From contig CM119263.1 of the NCBI GenBank assembly GCA_051294375.1, forward strand, positions 16,486,308 to 16,550,307: DNA of 64,000 nucleotides, in the 5' to 3' direction. Source of the stretch: Paraspadella gotoi (taxonomy: Eukaryota; Animalia; Chaetognatha). The first letter of the stretch is position 1. Every line of letters begins with the position of its first letter. A model generated the notes under the pieces. That model made no database searches, had not been told where the DNA came from, and saw nothing but the letters and a program-made list of their open reading frames with translations. Position numbers and translations under genes: made by a program. This document shows positions 50,943 through 64,000 of this stretch, in pieces.

Positions 50943-52087
50943 AACATACACAGGCTTATTAGTTTTTGTGTACTGTATGGGCGTTCGAAACGATAAATGC
51001 TACCGAATCGGTGCTGGGATTTTTATTTGAAATAATCATTCGCTAACGAATAAAATTTTGGCCCCGACATTAGAACCGAACCATCGTATCGGGTAAGTGA
51101 TCCAAGCGGTCGGATGGGGAGGAGGAGGAAGTCCTAAAACGGACGCATGTAAGAAGGTTGAAACTTACCACTCGATTGAAAAAAAAATGACGCGTGACTC
51201 TCTCCCTGACAATCAAGAATCAAGAATCAAGAATAAAGATTTTCTTTTTTTTTCATTCGGGGGATTGACCGTCTTTTGGAAGACGCGAAAATCTTGGAAT
51301 CCTTGTCTTCGTCGATTTCGTCGTCTTTGTTTTCCGCTTCGTGATTTATTTTCTCTCATCAGTTTAACGAGATAACTTTAATCACTTGCCTCCCAAGTCG
51401 TCGACGTCGTCGTTATCACTTTATATACCTACGTATTATCGACGTTTCTCGTCTTGCAGTCTCCGTTCGTTTTCTCACTCCCTCCCAATCGTCCCAGTTG
51501 AGTCGCCATTCCGTTTTATTTTCCCGCCGTCTCCTTTTTAAACTCATACTGTCTTTTTTTTAAAAACTAAGTTCTTCGTTCGTTCCATCATAATCATCTC
51601 TTTTCCTTCTTCCATCGTTGACGGGCAGTCTCGCTGATCATTGGACCCTCAGAGTCTGTCCCCCTCCCCCCAAAAAAATTGCTTCCCCCCCCCAACCCCT
51701 CCGTCACCCCCCCCCCGCTCATCCGCAGCTCCAACCATATTCCAGTTTCGGCGGCACGCGAGGAAACCGATGACCGCCGGGGCTTTCAACCGCCTCGCCG
51801 AAGGTGAGGGAGGGTATGACATAACCTACTGCCGTCCAAGACGGCGGGTATGTCATCCTTCCCCCCCCCACCCTCGCCGAAACGCGCGGCGTCGAAAGCG
51901 GCGCCCGGGGGTGTTGAACGACGAGCGTGCCGATGACGGCGATTCCTCCTCCCCGCCAATGTACCCCTATCCCCCCCTCCGCATCAGCGACAAGCACCCC
52001 CGAGAGGCATTGTTATTATAGGAAGAGGAAGACGCCGTGAGGCGCGACTCAACTTTTGGACTTTGGTGGGTCGAACTTTCTTTCTTC

Positions 52088-52174
<87 letters not shown>

Positions 52175-53528
52175 TCCTTCCTTGCAGCAGTAAAAGGCTG
52201 AGAGAGAGATTGTGAAAAAATTAAAGAGAGAAAGCAAGAGAGTAAGAAAGAGAGAGATAGCAAGTAAGAGAGAAAGAGAGGGAGAGAGAAAGAGAGGGAG
52301 AGAGAAAGAGAGAGCGAGAGAGCGAGTTGTTGACACGCTCGCCGGTGGTGAGGATTAGGATTTTTTGCAACCGGGTGCCATTTTTCTGATTTTCTCTTTG
52401 TAGTTTCTTTGGCGGCGGTCGGCGTCGCGTGGCGCTGCGGTGGTTAGTTTGGATTGGGGTTAAATGCGGAATTGCGGATGGGTCGGAGTGAGGTAGGAGA
52501 CGGGAGGTCTTAGAGAGAGAACTCAAAGACAAGACGAGAGAGAGATAGAGATAAAGGGAAAAAGAGGGAGATGGAGCTTTGAAAGATAAAAATCAAGACA
52601 GCTCACAAGTCGCCGCACGAAAGAGAAGATTAAAAAAAAAGAAAAGGTAAAAAGAAAAGTCGCAAAATTAAAGCTTTAAGAAAGAAAGCAAAGAAAACAG
52701 AAACTAAAAAAAAACAAAAAATAAAAAAAGCGAAGAGAGGCTCGAGAGAGAAGTGTGCCGTTTCGAGTTTGCATCCACTCGTCAATCGTTTCTCAGTTTC
52801 GCTCTCAATATTTGACTTTCTTTGTCTTTCTAGAAATAAAAAAATTAAAAGATAATAAAAGTTAAAAGGTGGAATGTTAATTAAGATTTTTCTGCCTCAT
52901 AGTTGTCAATAACCACAAATAAAAGTACTTAAAGACTGGAGGTTTATTAAGCCTTATCGTTGTGTGTCGATGGAAAGAATTTGTTCAGGAAGCAAAACCC
53001 TTTATTTAAAATATAAAGGTAATCTGAAAAAAGAAACTCCATACTTTTTTTTTTATTAATAAAGGTCTCCTTGCTTTAAAACGCTCTTTTTCATGAAGGT
53101 TTTCGTTTTTTCCTCATTTTCCAAATCTGCCCCGCCGGCCCCCTAAAAAAATTGCCCTTGAAAATGGCGAATGTTAGCCCAAGGCGTCGATGCCGAAAAC
53201 GTCCTAGTCAAAGACGACAATAATGACGACGACGATCATGATAATATAAAGAAGTTGACGACAACGACAATGGACGCGAGCGTTGCTAATTTCACTTGGA
53301 ATGACATTAGACTGACTGTTGAGGTAAGAACTTAAATTTGACTAAATCCCGAGGAATTTAAAAACAAAGCCGAATCATCAGCTGAGAAATTGGAGAAACT
53401 TAGAAATGAGAAAATCATCTTCGGCATTCTTTTCTTTTCGGAGGGCCACGCGACTAAGCGCTTCGAGGAAAATAGAATCGCATGTGATAAGAGAGAGAGA
53501 GAGAGAGATGACGAGAGAGAGAGAAGAG

Positions 53529-53561
<33 letters not shown>

Positions 53562-53834
53562 ATTTAAACACACCTTTTCTCTGTTTGTACAGACAACAAG
53601 ACAACGACGAACGTTCACTAAAGTATAACGTCTTCGTTAATTTCATTGTTCATCCAAATGTTTTTAAAGTTGGTGCAGTTCCTGTAAAGCGTTTTGTCGG
53701 TCAGAGTCCTGGCAACGGAGAGAGAGCCCTTCCGAAGCGAAGAGCTGCGCCGAAGTAACTGGCGCCAAATCTGGAGTTAATGGAATTCCCGAAATGAGAT
53801 TCGTGGAAAACGGGGGAAAGTTTCGTCCGGCCGG

Positions 53835-53956
53835 CGCCGCAGTGGGGTGGTTGTGGGTTTAGGGTGGGTTGTTGTGGGGATGCAGAAGACGCCGCTGTGG
53901 GGTGGTTGTGGGTTTAGGGTGGGTTGTTATGGGGAGGCAGAAGACGCCGCTGTGGG
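53835..53956. repeat. 55-bp G-rich tandem repeat (~2.2 copies)
   Basis: Units start at 53835, 53890 and 53945. Confidence 0.9.
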
Positions 53957-55774
53957 TCGGCGTTCTAAAATTTTGGAGGCGTATTTGGAGGTGCAATGCA
54001 AAGTGCGGAATAAGGAGGCTTTTAGAGGAGAATAGATTACGGGGGAAGTTTTTGTAAAAAAATTATAAAAAGAAGACAAACCATTTCCATTATTTGCAAT
54101 CATAAGATTGAATTTATTCATTTCCTCGATTGATGCGCGCGACATGTTCCCGATTTACTATTCTCTTTGTTCGAAGTCGGTTTTAAGGACCCTCAATTAA
54201 CACAAACCCAACCGGTTAAACGACCCCAATGATACAAACTACCCCAAACACGCGCAGTCGCCCCAAAAGATCCAAACCTCGTGAATCGGACCAAATTGGG
54301 AACAAGGACGATTCTTTGTCTCGTGGCGAAGGAGCTTCGGCGTGAGTGGGCGTCAGGAGGCGACGCTGATTGTAACAAGGTCACATTTGTCGCGAAATTA
54401 GGAGGAGGAGGAGGAGGAGGAAGAGGATTAAGGAGAGAAGTGAATCTCGAAAAGGGTTTTTAGCGTCACGGGTGGCAAAGATCGCTGCTGGTGATGGGGG
54501 GTGTGGGCATATGATAAGTCGAGGGCTTGGTGGGCATGGGGAAAGGGGAGATTAAGGGATGGGGGGGGAAAGTGGAGGCGCAGCGAGGCGGAATAGATTT
54601 GCCTTCTGCGCACGAGAAGCGAAATTGAGGTGAGGGTGGGGAAGGAATTGTCGTCATTGGTTGGTCGCAAATTAAACGAGAAACGGTGATTGGTGGCAGT
54701 TAACAGGTAACTTCTGCCGACTGTCCTCGTAGTATATACTATTACAATAAAGATTGCGATGATAAAATCGTTAAAATTGTAAATTTAGATGAGTAAATCG
54801 TGATTGAAAGAAATAAATGGTGATCGAGTGAGGGGAGATCGAAGACGGAGTCACCGAGACGACCTTGCAGATGGCGTGAGTTCCTCGCGTGAATGGAATC
54901 CAGAATTACAAAGATTCTGTTTCTTTTTTTTGGGGGGGATGAAGGAGGAGGAGAAAAGATGGGGGGGAGTAAAGGGTGAGGGTCGAATTAGATGGAAGGG
55001 GGCCAAAGCCGGAGTGGGTTAGGCACGCGTCTGAAAAAAAAGGAGAAAATGAGGAGAAAAAACCCGAATTCGTTGGCAGAGGGAGAAAGAGGGGAGAAAG
55101 GGTTAATAGGGGAGGGGGCTAGAAACTGTGGAGGATGATTGGGTGGGTAAGGGTTGGGTGGGTGAAGAGGGATAAAAATGAGTCAAAGATTAATAAGAAA
55201 GAAGGGGGAAAAAACATCGACAGCCTTCGCCTCTGAATTCGAAGGCTTTTTGGGTCAAACGAAGGAAAAAGAAAAGTTTGGTCGCGTGACTTTGTTGTCA
55301 TCTGTCGCCTTTCTAGCCGAGAAAATGTTACAGATTCGACGCCCAACCAACGTTTCCACTCGATTAACGGACGAGCGTTTACAGAATCGACACCCAAAGA
55401 GTCGTTTTGGTCAGGATGGAAGGATGGACTTTGCTTCGGTTCGGCCACGCGTCCGATAGGGTCGAAAACGCACGCTTGGGTTCCGGACCTTGTGGGGCCT
55501 TGTGGACGTGGCATAGGAAACGGATGGTGATGCGTGAAATGCGTGACTTAACAAAATTAGAAGCAGAATGCCGTATTGATAAGTTACACTTTCGTTTTTA
55601 AAATTATTTGCTAAAAAATCTGTCCTTTTGTTAGAGTAGATTTTGGCCAATGAGAGGCCGTTTGTTTTTACAACAACGTGATAATGAGGATGAGTCAGCT
55701 ACGCCGCTCAAAGCGACACTTTCGACTAAGTATTGAGTAATCATCTGCTCACAACATTACAATGGCCCAAACCT

Positions 55775-55838
55775 ACAAAGATGGTTGGATGAGATGACGA
55801 CCCAAAGCTTAGAATCACGTTCGCGGCGCAACTAAAAA
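55775..55838 (-). mobile_element. Fragment of the same HINE-like family
   Basis: TCGCGGCGCAACTAAAAA (55821-55838) is identical to 633-650. Confidence 0.5.
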
Positions 55839-56696
55839 GTGAGAGTTGAAGACTGATGAAGCAATTAGACGAAATTTAAAAATTATCGATGGGTCATTTT
55901 ACATTCGACTTTTAACCCGCGGTCACTGGTCAATGGCTACTGGCCAAGTGGCCAAATAAGGAACTTCGGGTTCGACAGTTCGAATTTTCCTTAAGAGTTA
56001 ATTAAGCACTCGATTTTCTGACTGAATCGTCGGAACGCAGGAACATCTGGAACCCTTCAGAGAGAGAGAGAGAGAGAGANNNNNNNNNNGAGAGAGAGAG
56101 ATAGAAAGAGAGAGATAGAGAGAGAGAAGGCTCGCTTTTTTCCGATACCGAGAATCGATTATGAATAAATTAATGTCGCCAACATTCATAGATTCCGTCA
56201 AATGAAGTTCGGTTGAGTCAGATGTCTTTGCCAGATGTCAACTAAGTCAAACGCGAGTCATTCGATCGATTTATTCATTTCCATCGTCGTCATCATCGTC
56301 GTCATCATTAGCATCTCTCTCATTATATCATTCTCGCGTCAAATTTCATCCGCGAGAGAAAATAAATTCGAAAATACTCGAACTTACAATCTATCGAAGG
56401 GACCACCCAAGAAGAAGGTAAATGAAACAACGGGAGGCTTGGTACAAGATTATCATTGGCGTAAAACTTTAATGAGCATCGCAACTGAGAATTGCACTTG
56501 CTTTATCATTTCATTTACACTCGTTGATTTTTTACTTTTACATTTAAGTAAATAACTTATTTTTGTTTTCTAAATTTCATCCTTTTTCCTTCTTTAATTT
56601 ATTTTCACCCGAGGGTTTTCCTTTGAGTTAGGCACCCGACTTTTTACTCGCGGGTCGCTTACCCTCAAATTGGAAGGTGAGTTGTTCGTACCTGGA

Positions 56697-56738
<42 letters not shown>

Positions 56739-57034
56739 TCTTTCTCTTTCTGAGCGCGTAAGTTCTCTAGAAACCCTTCAAACTTACCCGGCGGCGACGA
56801 AGAGGAAGGCGGGATTCATATAAAGACTTACTTTAGAAAGTCGAGCAGTAAAAATCGAATGACTGTCACAAAAAACCATAAAAAAGAATTGGATAGTGCA
56901 ACTCGGTTCTTAACTGCTAAATAAAAGACCTAATGGCAAACAGAGAATTATTTTCGCTTCTTTTCGTGTCATAAATAGCAAGCTTATCTACAAATCATGA
57001 ATATGACATCAATCGGTTCCAGTCTAAAATATGC

Positions 57035-57090
<56 letters not shown>

Positions 57091-58743
57091 ACTTCGCGCC
57101 TGAAACAACAACAAATTTACACAAATGGAAAATAAAAATGTTGTCTTTCCTCATTCGGTCACGTTCTCTTCCAACTCCACGAAATTTACAGCGACCGAAT
57201 CTGGTTCCAACCACGCCCACTTCTTGCAGTCGTTCTGGCACCAGTTCTTTCTTCCTTTAATACATTTTTTTTGGAAAAAAAAAGGAAAAAAACCCGGAAT
57301 ATATTTAAGCAGCTTCTTATACGTGTACCACCAAACTCGCCCACCCTCTACCGGAATCAATGACCGATCTGACGTCTCTTTGATCTCTCCCCTTCTCTCT
57401 CGCTCCGCCTCTTTGACCTTCTCGCGCTCTTCAAGATTCCATTGACATCTCCCTTTCCTCCGAGTAAACAAACAGAGCATCAGCTCGGTTCCAATTTTCT
57501 CCACCGTCGTTTGACCCCAGATGTCCTATCGTCTAGGCGAGATCTTGACCACTTACTCTGCGTGGGTGTGGGTATGAGTGTGTGCACCATCGACCACGAT
57601 ACGACCACAGCCCAGCTCGTCTCTCCTCGTTACTCAATTAGCCACGCATCAAATATTCGAAAAAAACTACTCCAGCGCTCCCCACGGCCTCCATCCACCA
57701 TCCCCACGCCACCTGACCACGCCTCCTGCAATCCTCTCTCTTCCTCTTGTCCTCCTTCGTCCCGACATATCATCTCCGACGTTTGCGCTGTCGTCCGACG
57801 TTTTCCTTTGACGTTTTATTGTTGTTTGGAATCTTGTCTCGATTATTCTTTTGGCCCGGATTCCGTCTAACTGCTTCCTCACACGAAACGTCTTTTCTAA
57901 CCCTATATACTAACTGTTCGCTGGCCAATCGGATGGGAAGAGAAGGAAAGAGAGGGAAGGGTTTGAAAAAAAAAAATGGGGCAGGAAAGAGAAAGGAGAT
58001 TTGATCTAGAATCGCGGAAAATAGTGGCAAGAATTGCGAAATAAAGAAGTAACAATGAATCGTTTCCATAGTGTTGCCTCCTTTCGGCGTCGCGGACTCA
58101 AAAAAAAAAAAAAAAAAAGAAGGAAGAAGAAAAATTAGCAAGTTATTGTTTTGACGAAGTTCACTGTCAATTTTTTGTTAGCCAATTATTCGAAAAATAA
58201 GTCATAACGTTAGAAAGTCGACAAAAACTTCAAAAGGTTTAAAAGCAATTCGCCGAGTTACTCTCTTCTCCAACATCCCGTCAGACACGTGTTTCGTTGT
58301 TCCGGTGTCGCGAGGCATATAGTGTATGTTGGAGAGAGAGAGGAGACGAGGTAGCACGATTAGGATTTCGACTGACTGAGGAGGGGGGGAGGGAGAGGAG
58401 AGGGGGGGAGAGAGAGAGAGAGAGAATTGTTTGTTGATTTAACTCGGATTTTAATCAGAGAAAATCCGATTAAAACTCTCTCGTCCTTTATTTTTTTCGT
58501 TCTATACGGGCCGATTGAGCCCGGGTTCAAAGTCGCCGGTTGAAACGCGCCGGATTGCCGGTTTCGCTTCTTTTCGCGAGTCTCTTTTCTTTCTTACTTT
58601 TTTTTTTTTGGTGGCCAAATTATTTTTTTTTTCTAATTTCATCAAACGACATTCTCAAAAAAACACTAAAATTCATCGAGACTCTGAAAATGGTTATCGT
58701 TTTTCATGAATACTAAGTCAGAGAGAGAGAGAATAGAGGAGGG

Positions 58744-58798
<55 letters not shown>

Positions 58799-61780
58799 TA
58801 GAGAGAGAGAGAGAGTGAGTGAGAGAGAGGAAAACGAAGGGTTAAAGTTATCTTCTTTGACTTAAAAAAGGGTTTTAATTAGCCTTGGCTTTTAACTTTC
58901 AAGTTCTCTATTTAGACACTAAATAAATAAATATCGTAATATATGTAAACAGTTTTATTTCTTAACGTTCAAGGCCCTTCTTTTTATTTGAAACTTAGCG
59001 TACGCTGTAATTGCTTTTTTGATAGCCTTTTTTTTTCTTTCGCTCCAATAACACAATATTAACGACAATAAAACAAACAGAACAACAAAACATCGAGCTC
59101 TCTCTCTCCTCTCACCGCAGCGCCGGTTCGCCGACAGCAGCGCCGCGGAAAAACCACTCAACTCGATTGCCAAAAAACAAAATAGCAATCTCGAGTTATA
59201 AAGTCCTTTCCGGAGAACGCGCGCCGTTTTTTTTTTTTTTTTTTGCCGGGCTCCGACGCGTCGCCGACAGAGAGAGCGGTCGTCGCTCTTTGACGCCCGC
59301 CGCAGCCGCCGGGGCTCCGCCGCTGCCGCAGCCGCAGCCGACGGCTGAAGTCGCGCATCGATTCCCGGCGCAGCTGCAAAAACGCAACTCGCCAAAAACC
59401 CGAGTCGCCGAAAAGTAGAAAAGAGGGTCTAGGATGAGAAAGGAACGAGGGTGATCGGGGCGGTTGGAGTGAAAAAGAGTGAACGAGAGGACGGAGTGGT
59501 CGAAAATGGATGTGGCAGTAAAGTAGTTTGGTGTCAGAATCTATTTTGGGTTTTTGGGCGTTCCTTGTGGAATGATACGTTGTTTGATCGCCAGAACGGA
59601 GTTCCCGACTGAGCAAGATACAAACAAGCGAAAACAAACATAAGTACTAAGCTCGAAAAAGTTTCAGTTTAAACATTTCACCCTTTTAATCACCATTTCA
59701 CCGTTCCCGTTACCATTTCACCATTTCACCCTTTCACCCAACCGAAAGCCTCTAATCACACCCTTCCCCTTCGCGTCCATGTGGCTACAAAAATCGAAAG
59801 AAATCAATGAAAATCGGAGAAGATGATTGCACGAGTCACTGGCGACGACGACGACGACGACGAAGACCAAGACGACGACGCCGACGACGACGACGAAGAA
59901 GAAAATTACGAAGACGACGCCAGCTGTTACGCCAATTCCGTCTCGAGATGCAGCCTGACCCCGGAATCGGCGTTTGTTCGATAAAAAGTCAAGCTTTTCC
60001 AATGTCATTTCAAAGTTTGTCATATGAAATTGGTACTACCAATATAAAAATTTAATAAATAAGCTATCTTGCCCCTGACTTTGGACAGGCTTCGGTGGTT
60101 TAAGGCCTCCATCACTCTAACAAGATAATGACATAGCAGGTCCCTGTAAGCTTGCAATGTTTGAAAGTGTCGTAACATTTAGGTTTTACCATGTTATAAA
60201 ACTTCTCATTCCAAGTGCAAGGATAATATTTATTGTTTGTTTGTTTTTATCTATTTTTTTCGTCATATTATCATGTTTTTTTATTGAACTGCGATAATCA
60301 ATCGAAGTAAAACTTTTGAAAAAAGTACTACGTAAAGGGATATTACAGATATAGAGATATAAGAGATATAGAGATATAGATATATAGAGATATAAGAGAT
60401 ATAGAGATATAAGAGATATAGAGATATACTACGCTTTAGATATTCTCGTCATTACTATGAATTCTATGAAAGAGTTGCCAACAAAAATCCAACGAATATA
60501 ATCTAAATTTGAAACAAGAAAGCATATTTTGTACTAGGAGTAGCCCCACTCAATGGGGTGAGTCAAAAATTTAGAATGATTACATGCTCAAACGAAAATT
60601 TATACATTTTTAAGTATACTTTCAATGGACAAAACATTTATTATATGGCACTATACCCAAATAATTATTTTTTTAATATTTATTTATAGATAGGAAAGGC
60701 CAAAAAGTTTTTTCTTAGAATTTTAAAATTTTAAGACCAGATTCAGATAGTTCACAAAGTATAATTCTTTTTTAAATATTTTTAAGATAAGTGAGTCAAA
60801 AATAAGAAAAACTATAAAAAATCGACATCATCATCATCTTTCGATGATTTTATCAGTTTTTTTATATTTTCACTTAGAAAACGTAGGAATTTTTAAAGGC
60901 TATAATTATATTTCATGTTTAACTTTTTATGCTCTATCAGAATCCATCCAAAAATTTTAAGATTTAAAATTCATAATGCGAAAAAAGACAAGTAATATTT
61001 AATGTATTAATCAAGACGTATAATGTAAATTTTTTTTGGAAAATGATTGCTTAAATATTTAGTCAAGACAACTAAAAAACTTTGCTAATAGTCTAAATCT
61101 TATATTATCTCTGGATTTGATCTCTATTCTTACTTCAGCCATTACAAGAGTCGCCAGTCGCGACTAACAAACATCAACTGTTTTTCACGAGCGAAACGCT
61201 TAAAAACCAACCGCGGCGGCATTGAAACGAAAACGAGGCCGCTGGCCGCTCCGCTTTCATTTTTATTGGCGAAGAAACAAATTCATAATTGAAGAAAGTC
61301 GAATCGAGTGCCAAGAACTTTTCAGCGATCCAAACAAAATGTCTTCTTCTCCCTTTTCATTCTTTTTTTTTTCCTCTTCAAATTCTTCCCCGAGTTGCTT
61401 CTTCCTCCCTCCGCTCCTCTTAGCAAAGAGGAACTTGTAGGACTCCTACTAGGAGCAAAGTTAAAATGGGATTAAGTACCAAGTATAAATGCTACATCAG
61501 GGACAATAGGGAGGATATATCTTCGTGCTTAAGATCAAAAAACGATTTCGTAAATGGAGTCGCTTATACAAACGTGAAAAAAACTGGAGCAATCCGGTTT
61601 GTAGGAGCAAGAACCTTAACATGGAGCAGCTGCAATAATAAAGCTCAAGGAGCATCGCCGGTGCAAGGAAAGAAGCCAGCGATGCCGGTGCTACGTCGCA
61701 GTTTCCATGGCTCAGATATTGGATACAAAGTAAATTGTGCAATGAGATTAACTTCTCGGTCTCGTTTATTATCTGTATTA

Positions 61781-61884
<104 letters not shown>

Positions 61885-63437
61885 TCGTTTGTCGACAAAA
61901 TACCTGCTGACCGTCCATTTTTTAAGGTCTGAAAGATTGGCAAAAGACAAGTGTCACTGCGTTAGAGACCAGTAAATACGTTTTACGTATTTGCAGTTCA
62001 GAGAGCTACTGCAATGTTTAGTTAAAATTTTGATGTCAATCATTTGTACGCTTTCCCCCGCTATACAGGGACTTCAATCTGGAGCGATACGAAAACACTT
62101 GATTAAAATCGTAATTCTTTCACTGTATATTATTTTTATAACCTTTATTAATTATAAAACTACTTTTTATTTTGACGTAAAAATGTTCAAATTTCCTAAT
62201 AGTATAATTATTAATTAAAGTGGCTCTTTTCTTCATTTTTTTCGTCCAAATTTTTTATCAATTTAACAATTTTTAACGCTGATTGTAAAGTTATCTTCAT
62301 AATTTTTTTTCCCCCAAGCTGAATTTTTTATTTTTAATAGATCAACAACGAGAAGAGGCGAACAACAATGACGATGGGGCGAACAACGACGACGAAGACG
62401 CCGAGTCGGAAACGACCCAACTTTTTGTTTTGGTTATAAATTCATATTTGTCCGACCCGCGATAGTGGAGAGAGGGGGAGGGAGGAGTCGAAGGAGGGGG
62501 GGGTCTCAGGAAAAGGAAGACGTACTTTGGAGGGACGAGGTGGGAGGGAGGCGAATCATCGAAGACTAACCCCCTTTTAAGACCCCCTTAAGTGGTCAAC
62601 GAGAGTTTTTCCAGATCCCAAGATTCACTCGGAGTCTTTTTGACCCGAGTCCCTTTTTACGTCGGCGCTAATTGGGACGCCAAGGAGGGGAGGTGGAAGA
62701 GGGGTGAAAATGGGGGGGGGGAGGTTTAAGGGGTGTGGAGGGGACTGAGAAAATTCCGTAAACCGATTAAGACATACTCGGAATTCCTTTGACGATTAGG
62801 GGGAGATCATGCACAAATTAAGTAGAATCCAGGTAATGATAAAATTATAATTACATTTATCACGGAATACAGGACTCAAGTGTCAAAGCCCAAATTTTTT
62901 TGCTCTAAAAACTTGTCATATTAATTTATCAATTGGAGCAATGCCTTTAATCATCTTCGAAACTTGCAACGAACTATTTTCAAATTCATCCGACGTGGAC
63001 GTTGACATTGAGCGAGAGACGATAACTGACGGGCGTGGGAATATTCTTTCGCTCTGAATAAGAAAAAAGAAGAAGGCAGAAAGAAAAGGCATAGTATTGA
63101 GCATCGCGTCATCTACCCATACATCGATCGATCGATCGATCCACGCCAACCACCTTTCCTCCCATTCGACAAATTCGCGGGGACAAACGAAACGGTGAGG
63201 ATTCCAAACCTGAATACATAAAAAAAGAGGGAGTTGTCGTCGTCGTCATCGGCGTCGTCGTCGTCGTTGTCTTCCTTCTCACTATGACGATTCACACTGT
63301 CACTGGGAATATTTACCCCCGCTCCTCTTCCTCCTCATACTCCCTCACCTCCCCTACGGTTTTACTGTAAATCTCTCTGGTCAGACTCACAGACTTGAAT
63401 CAACTCCGTCTCTCTCTCTCTCTCTCTCTCTCTCTCT

Positions 63438-63627
63438 NNNNNNNNNNNNNNNNNNNNNNNNNNNNNNNNNNNNNNNNNNNNNNNNNNNNNNNNNNNNNNN
63501 NNNNNNNNNNNNNNNNNNNNNNNNNNNNNNNNNNNNNNNNNNNNNNNNNNNNNNNNNNNNNNNNNNNNNNNNNNNNNNNNNNNNNNNNNNNNNNNNNNNN
63601 NNNNNNNNNNNNNNNNNNNNNNNNNNN
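63438..63627. other. Assembly gap (190 N); other gaps at 5093-5117, 8380-8389 and 56080-56089
   Basis: N runs, each next to a microsatellite. Confidence 0.99.
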
Positions 63628-63664
<37 letters not shown>

Positions 63665-64000
63665 CCCTTGCCTGGGATTTTCGGTTTTTCCCACCCTCGT
63701 TGTTAGTGACATATTCAAGAACGCTTTATCGAAATAAACAACAGTCACAAAAAGCAGAATGAACACCGTGTCAACCTAGCGAAATTGCAAATAAAAGGAA
63801 AGAAAATAACTTTGGTTTTTAATCAATGAATGAAAACAAAAGGAAAACTAAGAAAACTTTAAGCAAGAATGAGAAAATCGTCTCGACTTCGCCGCCGCTT
63901 GTGCCGAGTCTCTTCGTTCGAACCTAATGGACAGGCCGTGAGCGAGCCGTTCGATCACCCACGATCCAGGAACGATCCTCGGTCCATTCTCTCTCTCTCT

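Noticed and set aside
55119-55514. Minus-strand ORF starting MPRPQ, like human KIBRA MPRPE
   Set aside because: No WW motif follows and no suitable phase-2 donor was seen; likely coincidence.
57580-57632. Plus-strand IDHDTTTAQLVSPR resembling the end of a WW domain
   Set aside because: Wrong strand for kibra, and it lacks the first Trp, the aromatic doublet and splice signals.
59807-59985. Asp-rich (GAC)n islands resembling acidic exons (also ~53180-53323, ~62345-62410, ~63230-63270)
   Set aside because: (GAC)n repeats are common in this window, and these could not be chained into a gene or matched to a family.

Overview
Eukaryotic (invertebrate-like metazoan) genomic DNA: AT-rich, with spliceosomal GT-AG introns, dense microsatellites and four N-gaps. 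There are no prokaryotic features, and most of the six-frame ORFs are microsatellite artefacts. The main feature is a minus-strand KIBRA/WWC (Hippo pathway) gene that I reconstructed by hand as 28 phase-compatible exons (42890 to 27351, about 1,990 codons). It encodes WW2, coiled coils, two LC8 motifs, a C2 domain, acidic tracts, the aPKC-binding RSDSD region and the C-terminal coiled coil. It is unusually long, has three PPxY motifs, and carries a ~235-aa tail past the canonical C-terminus that ends in a class I PDZ-ligand-like VSTDL. The WW1 exon was not found, and one C2 exon has a 1-nt frameshift that is probably an assembly error. Its introns hold an internally deleted Tc1/mariner element (TIRs, TA flanks) and a tRNA-derived SINE-like element. 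Bases 1-10120 are a ~5-kb-arm inverted duplication around a 25-N gap, most likely an assembly artefact. Also present are HINE/DINE-1-like elements, a tRNA-Leu 3' fragment and several tandem repeats. I found no convincing wholly new biological system; the remodelled KIBRA is the best lead.
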